Assembly (NCBI GenBank): GCA_910585615.1
Contig: CAJUFO010000003.1
Location: 18,380-82,379 of the forward strand
Direction: 5' to 3'
Length of the DNA stretch: 64,000 bases
DNA from: an uncultured Acetatifactor sp.
GTDB taxonomy: Bacteria > Bacillota > Clostridia > Lachnospirales > Lachnospiraceae
The notes below the pieces were generated by a model. It ran no database searches. It saw only the letters and a program-made list of their open reading frames with translations, and was not told where the DNA came from. Of this stretch, positions 18,513 through 28,111 are shown piece by piece. The position numbers and the translations under genes were made by a program. Numbering within the stretch: position 1 is the first letter of the stretch; the number at the start of each line of letters is the position of its first letter.

Positions 18513-18654
18513 CGGGTTTGTTTTTGAAATTGTGGTTTTTGAAATTGTATGCAGATTATCATTGTAATGGCTCGGATAATCCGTTATACTAGGAAATACA
18601 GAGGACGGATGGATGGCGAGGTTCCGGGCAGGGATTTTGCGGAAGGAGGCGCTT

Positions 18655-19207
18655 ATGGAATGGAATAATAGCATTCCACGGACAGTGGGTATCGGGATAC
18701 AGGATTTCGCAAAGGTGGTCACAAACAATTCTGATCCGGGAGGGCAGCCCGAAGCTCAAGACAGTGATGGAAGGGCTGTTGCAGGGAAGGACTTTCCGTA
18801 CCCTGCTTGACGAGCAGGTTGTGTTCAGTGAGCTGAATCAGGGTGAGGAGGCGGTTTGGAGCCTGCTGCTCGCCAGCGGATATTTAAAAGCAGTACAGGC
18901 GGAGTTCAACACGGAATGCCTGGAGATGGAGTACGAGCTGAAGCTGACCAACCTGGAAATCCGCATCATGTTCCTGCATATGATCAGGGGGTGGTTCGGA
19001 GGCTGCCGCATGGAGCACAATGCCTTTCTGCAGGCGCTGCTTTCCGAGCCAAAGGAGACTTTGGAGGACGCCGTCAGGTCGGCCTTGCAGCAGATTGAGG
19101 AGAAGCAGTATGAGACGGCTCTGCTAAGCAGAGGGATAGCGCCGGAACGAATCAGGAAATACGGCTTCGCCTTTGAGGGGAGCAGTGTGCTGATTGGGAA
19201 AGGGTAA
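18655..19207 (+). pseudogene. AAA-ATPase-like / PD-(D/E)XK_9 protein with internal deletions
   Basis: AAGGAGG RBS and VGIGIQDFAK N-terminus jump (with frameshift) to DEQVVF...AVWSLLLASGYLK, then jump to ALQQIEEKQY...RKYGFAFEG. The ATPase core and nuclease catalytic motifs are missing. Confidence 0.8.
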
Positions 19208-19210
19208 TCA

Positions 19211-19282
19211 GAAAAAGACAACCTGGCTATGCAGAGAGTGATTGAGAGGCTCGGCTTTACCAGGTGTGGACTTGATATATGA
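19211..19282 (+). pseudogene. GNAT acetyltransferase C-terminal remnant
   Basis: Translates EKDNLAMQRVIERLGFTRCG, the N-x-x-M...GF...G GNAT tail; no start codon. Confidence 0.5.
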
Positions 19283-19320
19283 AAGGAAGTGAAAAGTCGG
19301 GCCGCCCCGCCCGCTGAGGA

Positions 19321-19884
19321 ATGCTGGATATCGTACAGGATAAAATCAGGATAAGAACCATGGCTTCCGATGATGCCGTTGTGCTGCTCAAATGGATGAC
19401 GGATATGCGCGTGCTGGAGTTCTATGAGGGGAGAGACAAGAGATATACGCCGGAACTGATACAGGAAGATTTTTTTAGGCGTGATGAAGAAGGTGACGGA
19501 AATGTGATAAAAGCCATACTGGAATACGATGGCAAGCCCATTGGATATGGGCAGATATATAGCATCACAGGTGAAGCCTACGAAGAATACGGATATGAGA
19601 ACCGAAATGAGACCGTATACGGCATCGACCAGTTCATCGGGGAGCCAGATTATTGGAACAGAGGAATCGGGACGGAGTACCTGAAGCTTGTCCTGAAGTT
19701 CCTGCGGGAAGAAAAGCGGGCTGATGCCGTCATCTTGGATCCACATCAGGATAACGCCAGGGCAATCAGATGTTATCAAAAGGCCGGTTTCCGCATCATA
19801 AAAAGCTTGCCGGAGCATGAGCTGCACGAAGGGAAGATGAGAGACTGTTATTTGATGGAGTATCGCTATGAGGACAAGGCATAA
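19321..19884 (+). CDS. Aminoglycoside 6'-N-acetyltransferase, AAC(6')-Ie/Im subfamily homolog
   Basis: VLEFYEGRDKRYT, PIGYGQIY, YGIDQFIGEPDYWNRGIGTEY, AVILDPHQDNARAIRCYQKAGFRII and LPEHELHEGK..DCYLMEYRY match the AAC(6')-Ie domain as I recall it. Confidence 0.85.
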   Translation: MLDIVQDKIRIRTMASDDAVVLLKWMTDMRVLEFYEGRDKRYTPELIQEDFFRRDEEGDGNVIKAILEYDGKPIGYGQIYSITGEAYEEYGYENRNETVYGIDQFIGEPDYWNRGIGTEYLKLVLKFLREEKRADAVILDPHQDNARAIRCYQKAGFRIIKSLPEHELHEGKMRDCYLMEYRYEDKA

Positions 19885-20017
19885 GGATGTGGAGGAAGTA
19901 CGTTTCATCATAGAGGGCAGCTTTGAGCATTTACATGTCGATAACATCCGGTTTATGGGCCATGGGAATGACTGTGATGCATATGAGATAAACGGCAGTA
20001 TGATATTTAAATTTCCA
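19883..20017 (+). pseudogene. APH(2'')-like phosphotransferase N-terminal stub
   Basis: KDVEEVRFIIEGSFEHLHVDNIRFMGHGNDCDAYEINGSMIFKFP resembles the APH(2'') N-lobe start (G.G.D..AY..N...IFK); truncated after about 45 codons. Confidence 0.7.
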
Positions 20018-20457
20018 AATATTGATTGGGATGAGGTTGAGCAGTATTTAAACAATATGTTGGAGAATTTGTAGAAATTGCTGAAAGCAAAGAAATCATA
20101 TACATAGGCAATGATCTTCCTGATGAATACACAGGTTCCAATTATACGGCAAAGTTGAAAGGTGCTCTTGCAAAGGCAAAAGCAAATGCCACACAAGGAA
20201 TTCCTGAAATCATAGAAATTGCCGAAAATAAGCGATTTCGGGAGAATCTAGCGAAAAAGCATGATAAAAATGCCAGGTTTGGATGGTATCGGTATGATTC
20301 TCGTTTTGCCCTTCCGATTTTTGATGACGATGGAGAGGTTTTGCGTTATAATGTGTTCTATGTGGAGATTGTCATAAGACATGCAGAGGATAGGAAGTTG
20401 TATTTATATGACATCATAAACATAAAAAAAGAAACGAGTACCCCGCTTGAGCAATAA
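20018..20457 (+). pseudogene. 5'-truncated, frameshifted conserved hypothetical gene (possibly LPD3-like)
   Basis: IDWDEVEQYL, then a frameshift near 20050 to KQYVGEFVEIAESKEIIYIGNDLPDEYTGS...KAKANATQGIPE...GWYRYDSRFALP...YLYDIINIKKETSTP. AT-rich. Family name is from memory. Confidence 0.6.
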
Positions 20458-20525
20458 AGCTGTACGGTTAAAAACTCATTTCTTTCTTTAATTATATGAC
20501 AACTAAGGGAGAATGTCAAGAAAAA

Positions 20526-21992
20526 ATGTATAATGAAATTGATTTCGATAAAATAGATATAGCTTTATGCCCGCCGATAGAGGAGCCCGCTAGGCAATAC
20601 TACTTCATGGCGAAATGCCGCAAATGGGTAAGCGCTTTTACACAGAAAAACGGTCGTCCGCCCAAAGCCTGTGTGACTACCTTCGGTTGCCAGATGAACG
20701 CCCGGGACTCCGAGAAGCTCATGGGCATCCTGGAGGTCATAGGTTATGTCCCTACCGACAGCGAGCAGGCGGACTTCGTCATCTACAACACCTGCACCGT
20801 CCGCGACAACGCCAATCAGCGCGTTTACGGCAGATTAGGAGAGCTGAACCGCTACAAAAAGCAGAACCCCCAAATGAGGATAGCCCTCTGCGGCTGCATG
20901 ATGCAGGAGCCCACGGTCATCGAAAAACTGAAGAAAAGCTATTCCTTCATAGACCTGATCTTCGGCACCCACAATATCTATAAATTTGCCGAGCTCCTCT
21001 GGGCATCCTTCGAGACGGAGGGCATGCTGATTGACATCTGGGGGGAAACGGATAAAATCGTAGAAGACCTGCCGGTAGAGCGCAAATACCCCTTCAAGTC
21101 CGGCATAAACATCATGTTCGGCTGCAACAATTTCTGCAGCTACTGCATCGTCCCCTACGTAAGAGGCCGGGAGCGCAGTAGGCAGCCCAGGGAGATTCTC
21201 CGCGAGATAGAGCGCCTGGTGGCGGACGGCGTGGTGGAGGTGATGCTCCTGGGCCAGAACGTGAATTCCTACGGAAAAAATCTGAAGGAGCCCGTCACCT
21301 TCGCCCAGCTTTTGCGGGAGGTGGAGAAGATAGAGGGCCTGCGGCGCATCCGCTTCATGACCTCCCACCCCAAGGACCTGTCGGAGGAGCTGATAGAGGT
21401 CATGAAGCAGTCGAAGAAAATCTGCCGCCACCTCCACCTGCCCCTGCAGTCCGGCTCCACCCGCATCCTGCAGCAGATGAACAGGCGCTACACCAAAGAG
21501 CAGTACCTGGAGCTGGCGGAGCGCATCCGCAGGGAGATACCGGATATCGCCATCACCACGGACATCATCGTGGGCTTCCCGGGGGAGACGCCGGAGGATC
21601 TGGAGGAGACCCTTGACGTGGTGCGCAGGGTGAAATACGACAATGCCTTTACCTTCATCTATTCCAAGCGCACAGGCACCCCCGCGGCGGCCATGGAGAA
21701 CCAGGTGCCCCCGGAGCAGGTGAAGGAAGGCTTCGACAGGCTCCTGAAGCTGGTGCAGGAGACTGCCAGGGAGCAGGTGGCGAAATACCAGGGGCAGGTC
21801 ATGGAGGCGCTGATCGAGGAAGTCAACGAGAGCGACGCATCCTTGGTCACCGGCAGGCTGTCCAACAACACCATCGTCCATTTGCCCGGGGACGCTTCCT
21901 TGATTGGGAAAATCGTACCGGTTTCGTTAGATGAATGCCATGGATTTTATTATATTGGGCATTGCATTTTGGACGAAACAGGTGCAGAATAG
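20526..21992 (+). CDS. miaB: tRNA-2-methylthio-N6-dimethylallyladenosine synthase
   Basis: TFGCQMN, NTCTVR, radical SAM GCNNFCSYCIVPYVRG, TTDIIVGFPGET and a C-terminal TRAM domain. Confidence 0.95.
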   Translation: MYNEIDFDKIDIALCPPIEEPARQYYFMAKCRKWVSAFTQKNGRPPKACVTTFGCQMNARDSEKLMGILEVIGYVPTDSEQADFVIYNTCTVRDNANQRVYGRLGELNRYKKQNPQMRIALCGCMMQEPTVIEKLKKSYSFIDLIFGTHNIYKFAELLWASFETEGMLIDIWGETDKIVEDLPVERKYPFKSGINIMFGCNNFCSYCIVPYVRGRERSRQPREILREIERLVADGVVEVMLLGQNVNSYGKNLKEPVTFAQLLREVEKIEGLRRIRFMTSHPKDLSEELIEVMKQSKKICRHLHLPLQSGSTRILQQMNRRYTKEQYLELAERIRREIPDIAITTDIIVGFPGETPEDLEETLDVVRRVKYDNAFTFIYSKRTGTPAAAMENQVPPEQVKEGFDRLLKLVQETAREQVAKYQGQVMEALIEEVNESDASLVTGRLSNNTIVHLPGDASLIGKIVPVSLDECHGFYYIGHCILDETGAE

Positions 21993-22018
21993 AATAAACT
22001 GGAAAGTACAGGGACGGG

Positions 22019-22783
22019 ATGGAGATGACGGGACAGTTTGCAAGGACTCAGCTTCTGCTGGGAGAAGTGGCGATGGAGCGGCTGCGCAGGTCGAGAGTGG
22101 CCGTGTTCGGCATAGGCGGCGTGGGCGGGCATGTATGCGAGGCCCTTGCCCGCAGCGGCATCGGGGCATTTGACCTGGTGGATGACGACAGGGTAAGCCT
22201 GACGAACCTGAACCGGCAGATCATCGCTACCACGAGCACCATTGGACGCTGCAAGGTGGACGTGATGCGGGAGCGCATCCTGGACATCAATCCGGAGGCA
22301 GAGGTTCGGGTATATCAATGCTTCTTCCTGCCGGAAAACGCCGCATCCTTTCCCTTCGAGGAATACGACTATGTAGTAGACGCGGTGGACACCGTCACCG
22401 CCAAGCTGGCGCTGGTCATGCGCGCAAAGGAAATCGGCATCCCCATCATCAGCAGCATGGGAGCCGGGAACAAGCTGGATGCCACCGCTTTCCGCGTGGC
22501 GGATATCTACGACACAAAGGTCTGCCCCCTGGCGAAGGTCATGCGCCGGGAGCTGAAGAAGCGGGGCGTGGAGAGCCTGAAAGTGGTATACTCGGAGGAG
22601 GTTCCCGTCAGCCCCGATGGAAACGCGATGGAAGCTTTGAGAGACGGCGAAAACCCGGCAGATACCCTGAACCGGGACGCAAGACGGCGCAGCATCCCCG
22701 GAAGCGTCGCCTTTGTACCCTCCGTGGCGGGGCTGATCATCGCGGGCGAGGTGATAAAGGATTTGTCAATGAAGCCGTTGTAG
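22019..22783 (+). CDS. tcdA: ThiF/E1-family tRNA threonylcarbamoyladenosine dehydratase
   Basis: VFGIGGVGG, DDDRVSLTNLNRQ, DAVDTVTAK, SSMGAGNKLD and PGSVAFVPSVAG. Confidence 0.85.
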   Translation: MEMTGQFARTQLLLGEVAMERLRRSRVAVFGIGGVGGHVCEALARSGIGAFDLVDDDRVSLTNLNRQIIATTSTIGRCKVDVMRERILDINPEAEVRVYQCFFLPENAASFPFEEYDYVVDAVDTVTAKLALVMRAKEIGIPIISSMGAGNKLDATAFRVADIYDTKVCPLAKVMRRELKKRGVESLKVVYSEEVPVSPDGNAMEALRDGENPADTLNRDARRRSIPGSVAFVPSVAGLIIAGEVIKDLSMKPL

Positions 22784-22798
22784 AAAGGAAGCTACAAT

Positions 22799-23101
22799 AT
22801 GAATGACAATGTATTTACACTAAATGATATTGTGAGCCTGGTAAAACCAATCGTAGAAAAGTATGGTGTGGAAGAGATGTACCTATTCGGATCTTATGCA
22901 AGGGGAGATGCTGATAAAGACAGTGATTTAGATTTTCTCGTATTTGGTGGCGCGAATTTTAAGCTTACTATGATTTTTGCGCTTGCAGAAGAACTGCGCG
23001 AGGTACTGAAAAAGGAAGTGGATGTCTTTGAAATTAGCGAAATCAATAGGGACAGCGATTTTTATCATACCATCATGAAAGAGAGGCTGCTTGTGGCATG
23101 A
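22799..23101 (+). CDS. Minimal nucleotidyltransferase (MNT antitoxin-like)
   Basis: YLFGSYARGDADKDSDLDF...EVDV motif; AT-rich. Confidence 0.9.
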   Translation: MNDNVFTLNDIVSLVKPIVEKYGVEEMYLFGSYARGDADKDSDLDFLVFGGANFKLTMIFALAEELREVLKKEVDVFEISEINRDSDFYHTIMKERLLVA

Positions 23102-23166
23102 AGTATTCGGATCAACAGCGCGTTCAGAAGATATATAGGTTGTCTTTGAAGAATTGCCTGTTTTGA
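23098..23166 (+). pseudogene. Probable stub of a HEPN/DUF86 partner gene
   Basis: ATGA overlap with the MNT stop. MKYSDQQRVQKIY resembles clostridial DUF86 N-termini; stops after 22 codons. Confidence 0.5.
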
Positions 23167-23274
23167 TAGGCCAATTAAAAAAACTCGTATGAATATTTAG
23201 TCTGGCGTCCAAGGCAGAGATTTTGCCAGGATGAACGAAACGAGAACATTCCATGCAGGACAAGGAGATACCCC

Positions 23275-24384
23275 ATGAAAGTAGTATTGCGGAATCTGAC
23301 GAAAAAGTTCCCCAGCCGGGACAAAAAGAACAAGACGGACGTGGTCGCCGTCAGCAACTTCAATTTTGAGATTCCGGATGGCAAGCTCATCGGATTGCTT
23401 GGCCCCTCCGGCTGCGGCAAGAGCACTACGCTGAACCTGATCAGCGGCCTGGAGAAGCCCACGGAGGGCCAGGTCTTCTTTGGGGAGGACGATGTCACCA
23501 ACCTGCCGCCGGAGCACAGGGGCATCGGCCTGGTGTTCCAGAACTACGCCCTGTACCCTCACCTGACCGTCAGGCAGAACATCCTCTTTCCCCTGGAGAA
23601 CCTGAAAGGCAAGGACAAGCTCTCCAAGGAAGAAATGCTGGAAAAAGCTACAGAAGCCGCAAAGCTGGTACAGATCGACGAGCTCATGGAGCGCAAGCCC
23701 GGAGAACTCTCCGGGGGCCAGCAGCAGCGTGTGGCAATCGCCAGGGCTCTGGTGAAGCGCCCCAAAGTGCTCCTCCTGGACGAGCCCCTCTCCAACCTGG
23801 ACGCCCGCCTGCGGCTTCAGACCAGGGAAGAAATCAAGCGGATCCAGAAAGAGACCGAAATCACCACCATCTTCGTCACCCATGACCAGGAGGAGGCCAT
23901 GAGCATATCTGACATAATCGTAGTCATGAAGGACGGCACGGTACAGCAGATTGGCAGGCCCCAGGAGGTCTACGACAATCCGGCGAACCTGTTCGTGGCG
24001 AAATTCCTGGGGACTCCGCCCGTCAATATTTTCCAGGGACAGGTGAAGGACGGTCAGCTCGTCCTTGGCGGGGATGCCGTCCTGCCGGTAAAGGGAGCGC
24101 CGGACGGCCCTGTCCTCGCAGGCATCCGGCCCGAGGGCTTCCTGCTGCGCAAAAGCGGAGCCTTTCGGTGCCAGCTCGACAGTGTAGAGGTCATGGGGCG
24201 GGATATCAGCGTAGTGGCCTCTAACAAGGCTGCCATGTCGCCTATGATTCGGGCCATCATAGGCTCTGAAAATCTGGCGGAGGTATCTGTGGATGCCAGC
24301 CAGGTCAGCTTTGACCTGAAGCCGAACAAGGTGCTCCTCTTCGATAGGGAGACGGAAGAACGATTGCATTTTAACACAAAATAG
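23275..24384 (+). CDS. Carbohydrate ABC transporter ATP-binding subunit (MalK-like)
   Basis: [39 protein letters not shown] and a TOBE tail. Confidence 0.95.
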   Translation: MKVVLRNLTKKFPSRDKKNKTDVVAVSNFNFEIPDGKLIGLLGPSGCGKSTTLNLISGLEKPTEGQVFFGEDDVTNLPPEHRGIGLVFQNYALYPHLTVRQNILFPLENLKGKDKLSKEEMLEKATEAAKLVQIDELMERKPGELSGGQQQRVAIARALVKRPKVLLLDEPLSNLDARLRLQTREEIKRIQKETEITTIFVTHDQEEAMSISDIIVVMKDGTVQQIGRPQEVYDNPANLFVAKFLGTPPVNIFQGQVKDGQLVLGGDAVLPVKGAPDGPVLAGIRPEGFLLRKSGAFRCQLDSVEVMGRDISVVASNKAAMSPMIRAIIGSENLAEVSVDASQVSFDLKPNKVLLFDRETEERLHFNTK

Positions 24385-24401
24385 CTGATGAGGGTGCGGA
24401 C

Positions 24402-25307
24402 ATGATTAAATGGAAATCCTGTTTCAACAATATAAAGGGCTGGCTGTACCTCCTGCCGGCAATCCTTTTTCTCGGCTTTTTTATGGTATATCCACTGATA
24501 GACGTATTCGTCTATTCCTTTGAGGAGGGCTACAATTCCGCGTCCCAGACCTATTTCGGCATGGGAACCTATAACTATTCCTATGTCCTCCACGACCCCT
24601 ATTTCCTGCAGGCCCTGAAGAACACCTTCCTGCTGGTGATCATCACAGTGCCCCTGTCCACGGGAATCGCCCTGCTGATTTCCGTGGGGCTGAATTCCAT
24701 AAAACCCCTGCGGAACCTTTTACAGACCATCTATTTCCTGCCCTATGTGACAAACACCCTGGCAGTGGGCCTGGTATTCATGATTCTGTTCAAGAAGACC
24801 GCCTATTCCGACGGTCTGGTGAACCTGCTCATCCAGTGGTTCGGCGGGGAATCTGTGGACTTCATCGACGGGCCCTACTGGGCGAAGATGTTCGTGCTGT
24901 GCCTTTATACCATTTGGGTGGTGATGCCTTTCAAGATTCTGATTCTCACCAGCGCGCTGGCTTCCGTCAACCAAGACTATTACAAAGCCGCGAAAGTGGA
25001 CGGAACATCGAAATTCCGTACATTCATGCGCATCACGCTGCCCATGATATCGCCTATGATCTTCTACCTGGTCATCACGGGCTTCATCGGGGCCTTCAAG
25101 GCGTACAGCGATGCCGTGGCACTGTTCGGCACGAACCTGAACGCGGCGGGGATGAATACCATAGTGGGTTATGTCTACGACATGCTGTACGGGGACAGCG
25201 GCGGCTATCCGTCCTACGCCTCCGCGGCGGCCATCATCCTGTTCGCCATCGTCCTCACCATTACCTGCATCAACCTGCTGATCAGCAGGAAGAACATGCA
25301 TTATTGA
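24402..25307 (+). CDS. Carbohydrate ABC permease
   Basis: Six TM segments; EAA-like loop YKAAKVDGTS. Confidence 0.92.
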   Translation: MIKWKSCFNNIKGWLYLLPAILFLGFFMVYPLIDVFVYSFEEGYNSASQTYFGMGTYNYSYVLHDPYFLQALKNTFLLVIITVPLSTGIALLISVGLNSIKPLRNLLQTIYFLPYVTNTLAVGLVFMILFKKTAYSDGLVNLLIQWFGGESVDFIDGPYWAKMFVLCLYTIWVVMPFKILILTSALASVNQDYYKAAKVDGTSKFRTFMRITLPMISPMIFYLVITGFIGAFKAYSDAVALFGTNLNAAGMNTIVGYVYDMLYGDSGGYPSYASAAAIILFAIVLTITCINLLISRKNMHY

Positions 25308-25337
25308 TTCCTTTTCGGAGGAGAGGAGGAGCATCCC

Positions 25338-26225
25338 ATGAAAGAAGCGCATCCGGGAGAAGCAAGATATTCCAAGATAGAACAGACAGCCGAAAGGCGC
25401 AGTACGGCGGCCAGAGCCGTTACATATTTCTTCCTGATTCTATGGGCCGTCATCGTGCTGTTCCCCTTTTACTGGATGATACTGACATCCTTGAAGAGCT
25501 ACGGCGCATATAACTCGGAAAGCATCCCGAAATTCTTCACCCTGTCGCCGACGCTGCAAAATTATGTGGATGCCTTTACGGCGGTTCCTCTTGCACGTTA
25601 TTTCGCAAATACGGTCATCTTCACCCTGCTGACCACGGCTGTCATGATCGTGGTAATCACCCTGGCGGCCTTCGCCTTTGCCAGGCTGGAGTTCCGGGGG
25701 CGGAATGGGGCTTTCCTCCTGTTCCTGTCCCTGATGATGATTCCGGGCGAGCTGGTAATCATCACCAATTTCGTGACCATCACCAATCTGGACATGCGCA
25801 ATACCTTTCAGGGACTGATACTGCCCTCCGTCACATCGGTCTTCTACATCTATCTGCTGAAGGAGAATTTCGAGCAGGTGCCGGACAGCCTGTACAAGGC
25901 GGCCAAGGTGGACGGCACCTCGGACATGAAGTATCTGCTGAAGGTCCTGGTGCCCATATCCAGGCCCACGCTGATTACCGTGACGATTCTGAAGGTGATT
26001 GAATGCTGGAATTCCTATGTGTGGCCCAGGCTGATTACGGATGACGAGAACTACTATCTGGTGTCCAACGGAATCCAGGAGATCCGGGAGAACGGCTTCG
26101 GCCGGGAGAACATCCCGGCCATGATGGCAGCGGTGGTGGTGATCTCCCTGCCATTGATCGGGCTGTTCCTGATTTTCCACAAGAAGATCATGGCGGGCGT
26201 GTCAAGGGGAGGGACCAAGGGATGA
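25338..26225 (+). CDS. Carbohydrate ABC permease
   Basis: FARLEFRG, LYKAAKVDG and WNSYVWP. Confidence 0.92.
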   Translation: MKEAHPGEARYSKIEQTAERRSTAARAVTYFFLILWAVIVLFPFYWMILTSLKSYGAYNSESIPKFFTLSPTLQNYVDAFTAVPLARYFANTVIFTLLTTAVMIVVITLAAFAFARLEFRGRNGAFLLFLSLMMIPGELVIITNFVTITNLDMRNTFQGLILPSVTSVFYIYLLKENFEQVPDSLYKAAKVDGTSDMKYLLKVLVPISRPTLITVTILKVIECWNSYVWPRLITDDENYYLVSNGIQEIRENGFGRENIPAMMAAVVVISLPLIGLFLIFHKKIMAGVSRGGTKG

Positions 26226-28018
26226 AGGACGAGGAGATGAGGAGCCAAGGCGCGGCGGGCCGGAGGGCAGAAGCCCGGGAAGCGAGCAGCCAGGGCGCGG
26301 CGGGACAGAGGATGGAAGCCCGGAAGCGCAGGAACCGAAGAGCGGAAGCACGAAAAGTCAGAAACCAAAGCAGGGTGGATTGGCGGATGGAAAGGCCGGA
26401 ACAGGGAAGGAGTCGGCGCTGCGCCCGCCCGCTTCTGGCGGCGCTGGCGGCCCTCATGGTCTGCATGCTCCTGCTCACCGGCTGCCACGGCTCCAGGGGG
26501 CTGGACGCTTTCGTCATGCCGGAGAGCTTTGACATGGCGGCAGAGCACGAAATCACCTTCTGGGCCAAGAACGACACCAACAAGACCCAGACCGCCATCT
26601 ATGAACAGGCCATCGCGGATTTCGAGAAGCTGTACCCGAACATCCATGTGAACCTGCGTCTGTATACGGATTATGGGAAAATCTATAACGATGTGATAAC
26701 GAACATCGCCACCCATACCACGCCCAATGTGTGCATCACCTATCCGGACCACATCGCCACATATCTCACCGGCGTCAACCAGGTCGTCCCGCTGGAGGAG
26801 CTGTTCGGCGATGAAAGGTACGGCCTGGGCGGCAGCGAAGTGAAGTACGACTCCCCCGGGAAGGACGAAATCATACCCCAATACCTGGAGGAGTGCGCGT
26901 TCGGCGGCCATTATTACGCCATCCCCTACATGCGTTCCACTGAAAGCTGCTATATCAACAAGACTTATGTGGAAAAGCTGGGCTTTCAGATGCCGGATGC
27001 CCTGACATGGGATTTCGTTTGGGAGGTGTCCGAGGCCGCAATGGCCATGGACGGGGAGGGCAACTTCCTGGTGAACGGCCAGAAAGTGCTGATTCCCTTC
27101 ATCTATAAGTCTACGGACAACATGATGATACAGCAGATCAGGCAGAAGGGCATCGGATACTCCACCGAGGAAGGGGAGATTCTGCTTTTCTCCGATGCCA
27201 CCAAAGAGCTGCTGGAGACCATAGCGGAGCATACCCGGACCGGGGCCTTCTCCACCTTCAAGGTTTCCAGCTACCCGGCCAACTTCCTGAACGCGGGACA
27301 GTGCATCTTCGCCATCGACTCCACCGCTGGCGCCACCTGGATGGGATGCGACGCCCCCCTGATAGACATCAGCCCCGACAAGCTGGTGGAATTCGAGACG
27401 GAGGTCCTGCCCATCCCCCAGTTCGACCCAGCGAACCCCCAGATGATATCCCAAGGCCCCTCGGTGTGCGTCTTTAATAAGGAGGATCCTCAGGAGGTGC
27501 TGGCTTCCTGGCTGTTCGCCCAGTATCTGCTGACCGACGAAGTGCAGATTGCCTATGCCCAGACGGAAGGGTACGTGCCCGTGACCACCAAGGCCAGGCA
27601 GTCGCAGGCGTATCAGGACTATCTCTCCAGAAGCGGCGAGGACAATGCCCTCCACTACGATGTCAAGATCAAGGCCACGAAGCTCCTGCTGGAGAACGTG
27701 GATCACACCTTCGTCACGCCGGTGTTCAACGGCTCCGCCTCCCTGCGGGACGCCGCGGGCCAGCTGATTGAGGAGACGGTGAAATCCATCCGCCGCTCCC
27801 AGACAGTGGACGATGCGTACTACGGGAAGCTTTACGAGGATTTGAACGCGCGCTACCATCTGGATCAACTGTCTCGACAGGACGGCTCCGCCCAGAAGGA
27901 GAAAGCCGACCTGGGGCCGCTTCCCAGGCCTGCCATACTGCTTCTGGCCGGACTGGCCGTAGCCTGGGCGCTGATGCTTTTCTATGTACTTTTTGAAAAA
28001 ACAAAGCAAAGGAAATGA
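26222..28018 (+). CDS. ABC solute-binding lipoprotein (family 1) with a C-terminal TM segment
   Basis: Lipobox LLLTGC, SBP fold motifs (YAIPYMRSTE..Y.NK, ISQGPS) and a hydrophobic C-terminus. True start may lie downstream of the repetitive N-terminus. Confidence 0.85.
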   Translation: MKDEEMRSQGAAGRRAEAREASSQGAAGQRMEARKRRNRRAEARKVRNQSRVDWRMERPEQGRSRRCARPLLAALAALMVCMLLLTGCHGSRGLDAFVMPESFDMAAEHEITFWAKNDTNKTQTAIYEQAIADFEKLYPNIHVNLRLYTDYGKIYNDVITNIATHTTPNVCITYPDHIATYLTGVNQVVPLEELFGDERYGLGGSEVKYDSPGKDEIIPQYLEECAFGGHYYAIPYMRSTESCYINKTYVEKLGFQMPDALTWDFVWEVSEAAMAMDGEGNFLVNGQKVLIPFIYKSTDNMMIQQIRQKGIGYSTEEGEILLFSDATKELLETIAEHTRTGAFSTFKVSSYPANFLNAGQCIFAIDSTAGATWMGCDAPLIDISPDKLVEFETEVLPIPQFDPANPQMISQGPSVCVFNKEDPQEVLASWLFAQYLLTDEVQIAYAQTEGYVPVTTKARQSQAYQDYLSRSGEDNALHYDVKIKATKLLLENVDHTFVTPVFNGSASLRDAAGQLIEETVKSIRRSQTVDDAYYGKLYEDLNARYHLDQLSRQDGSAQKEKADLGPLPRPAILLLAGLAVAWALMLFYVLFEKTKQRK

Positions 28019-28111
28019 CATGCCGATAATACGCCATGGCCATGTCCCCGGTTAAAATCCCGGCGGATGTCCATGCTATTACTATAAATTCATTAAAGGA
28101 GGAAATCGATT

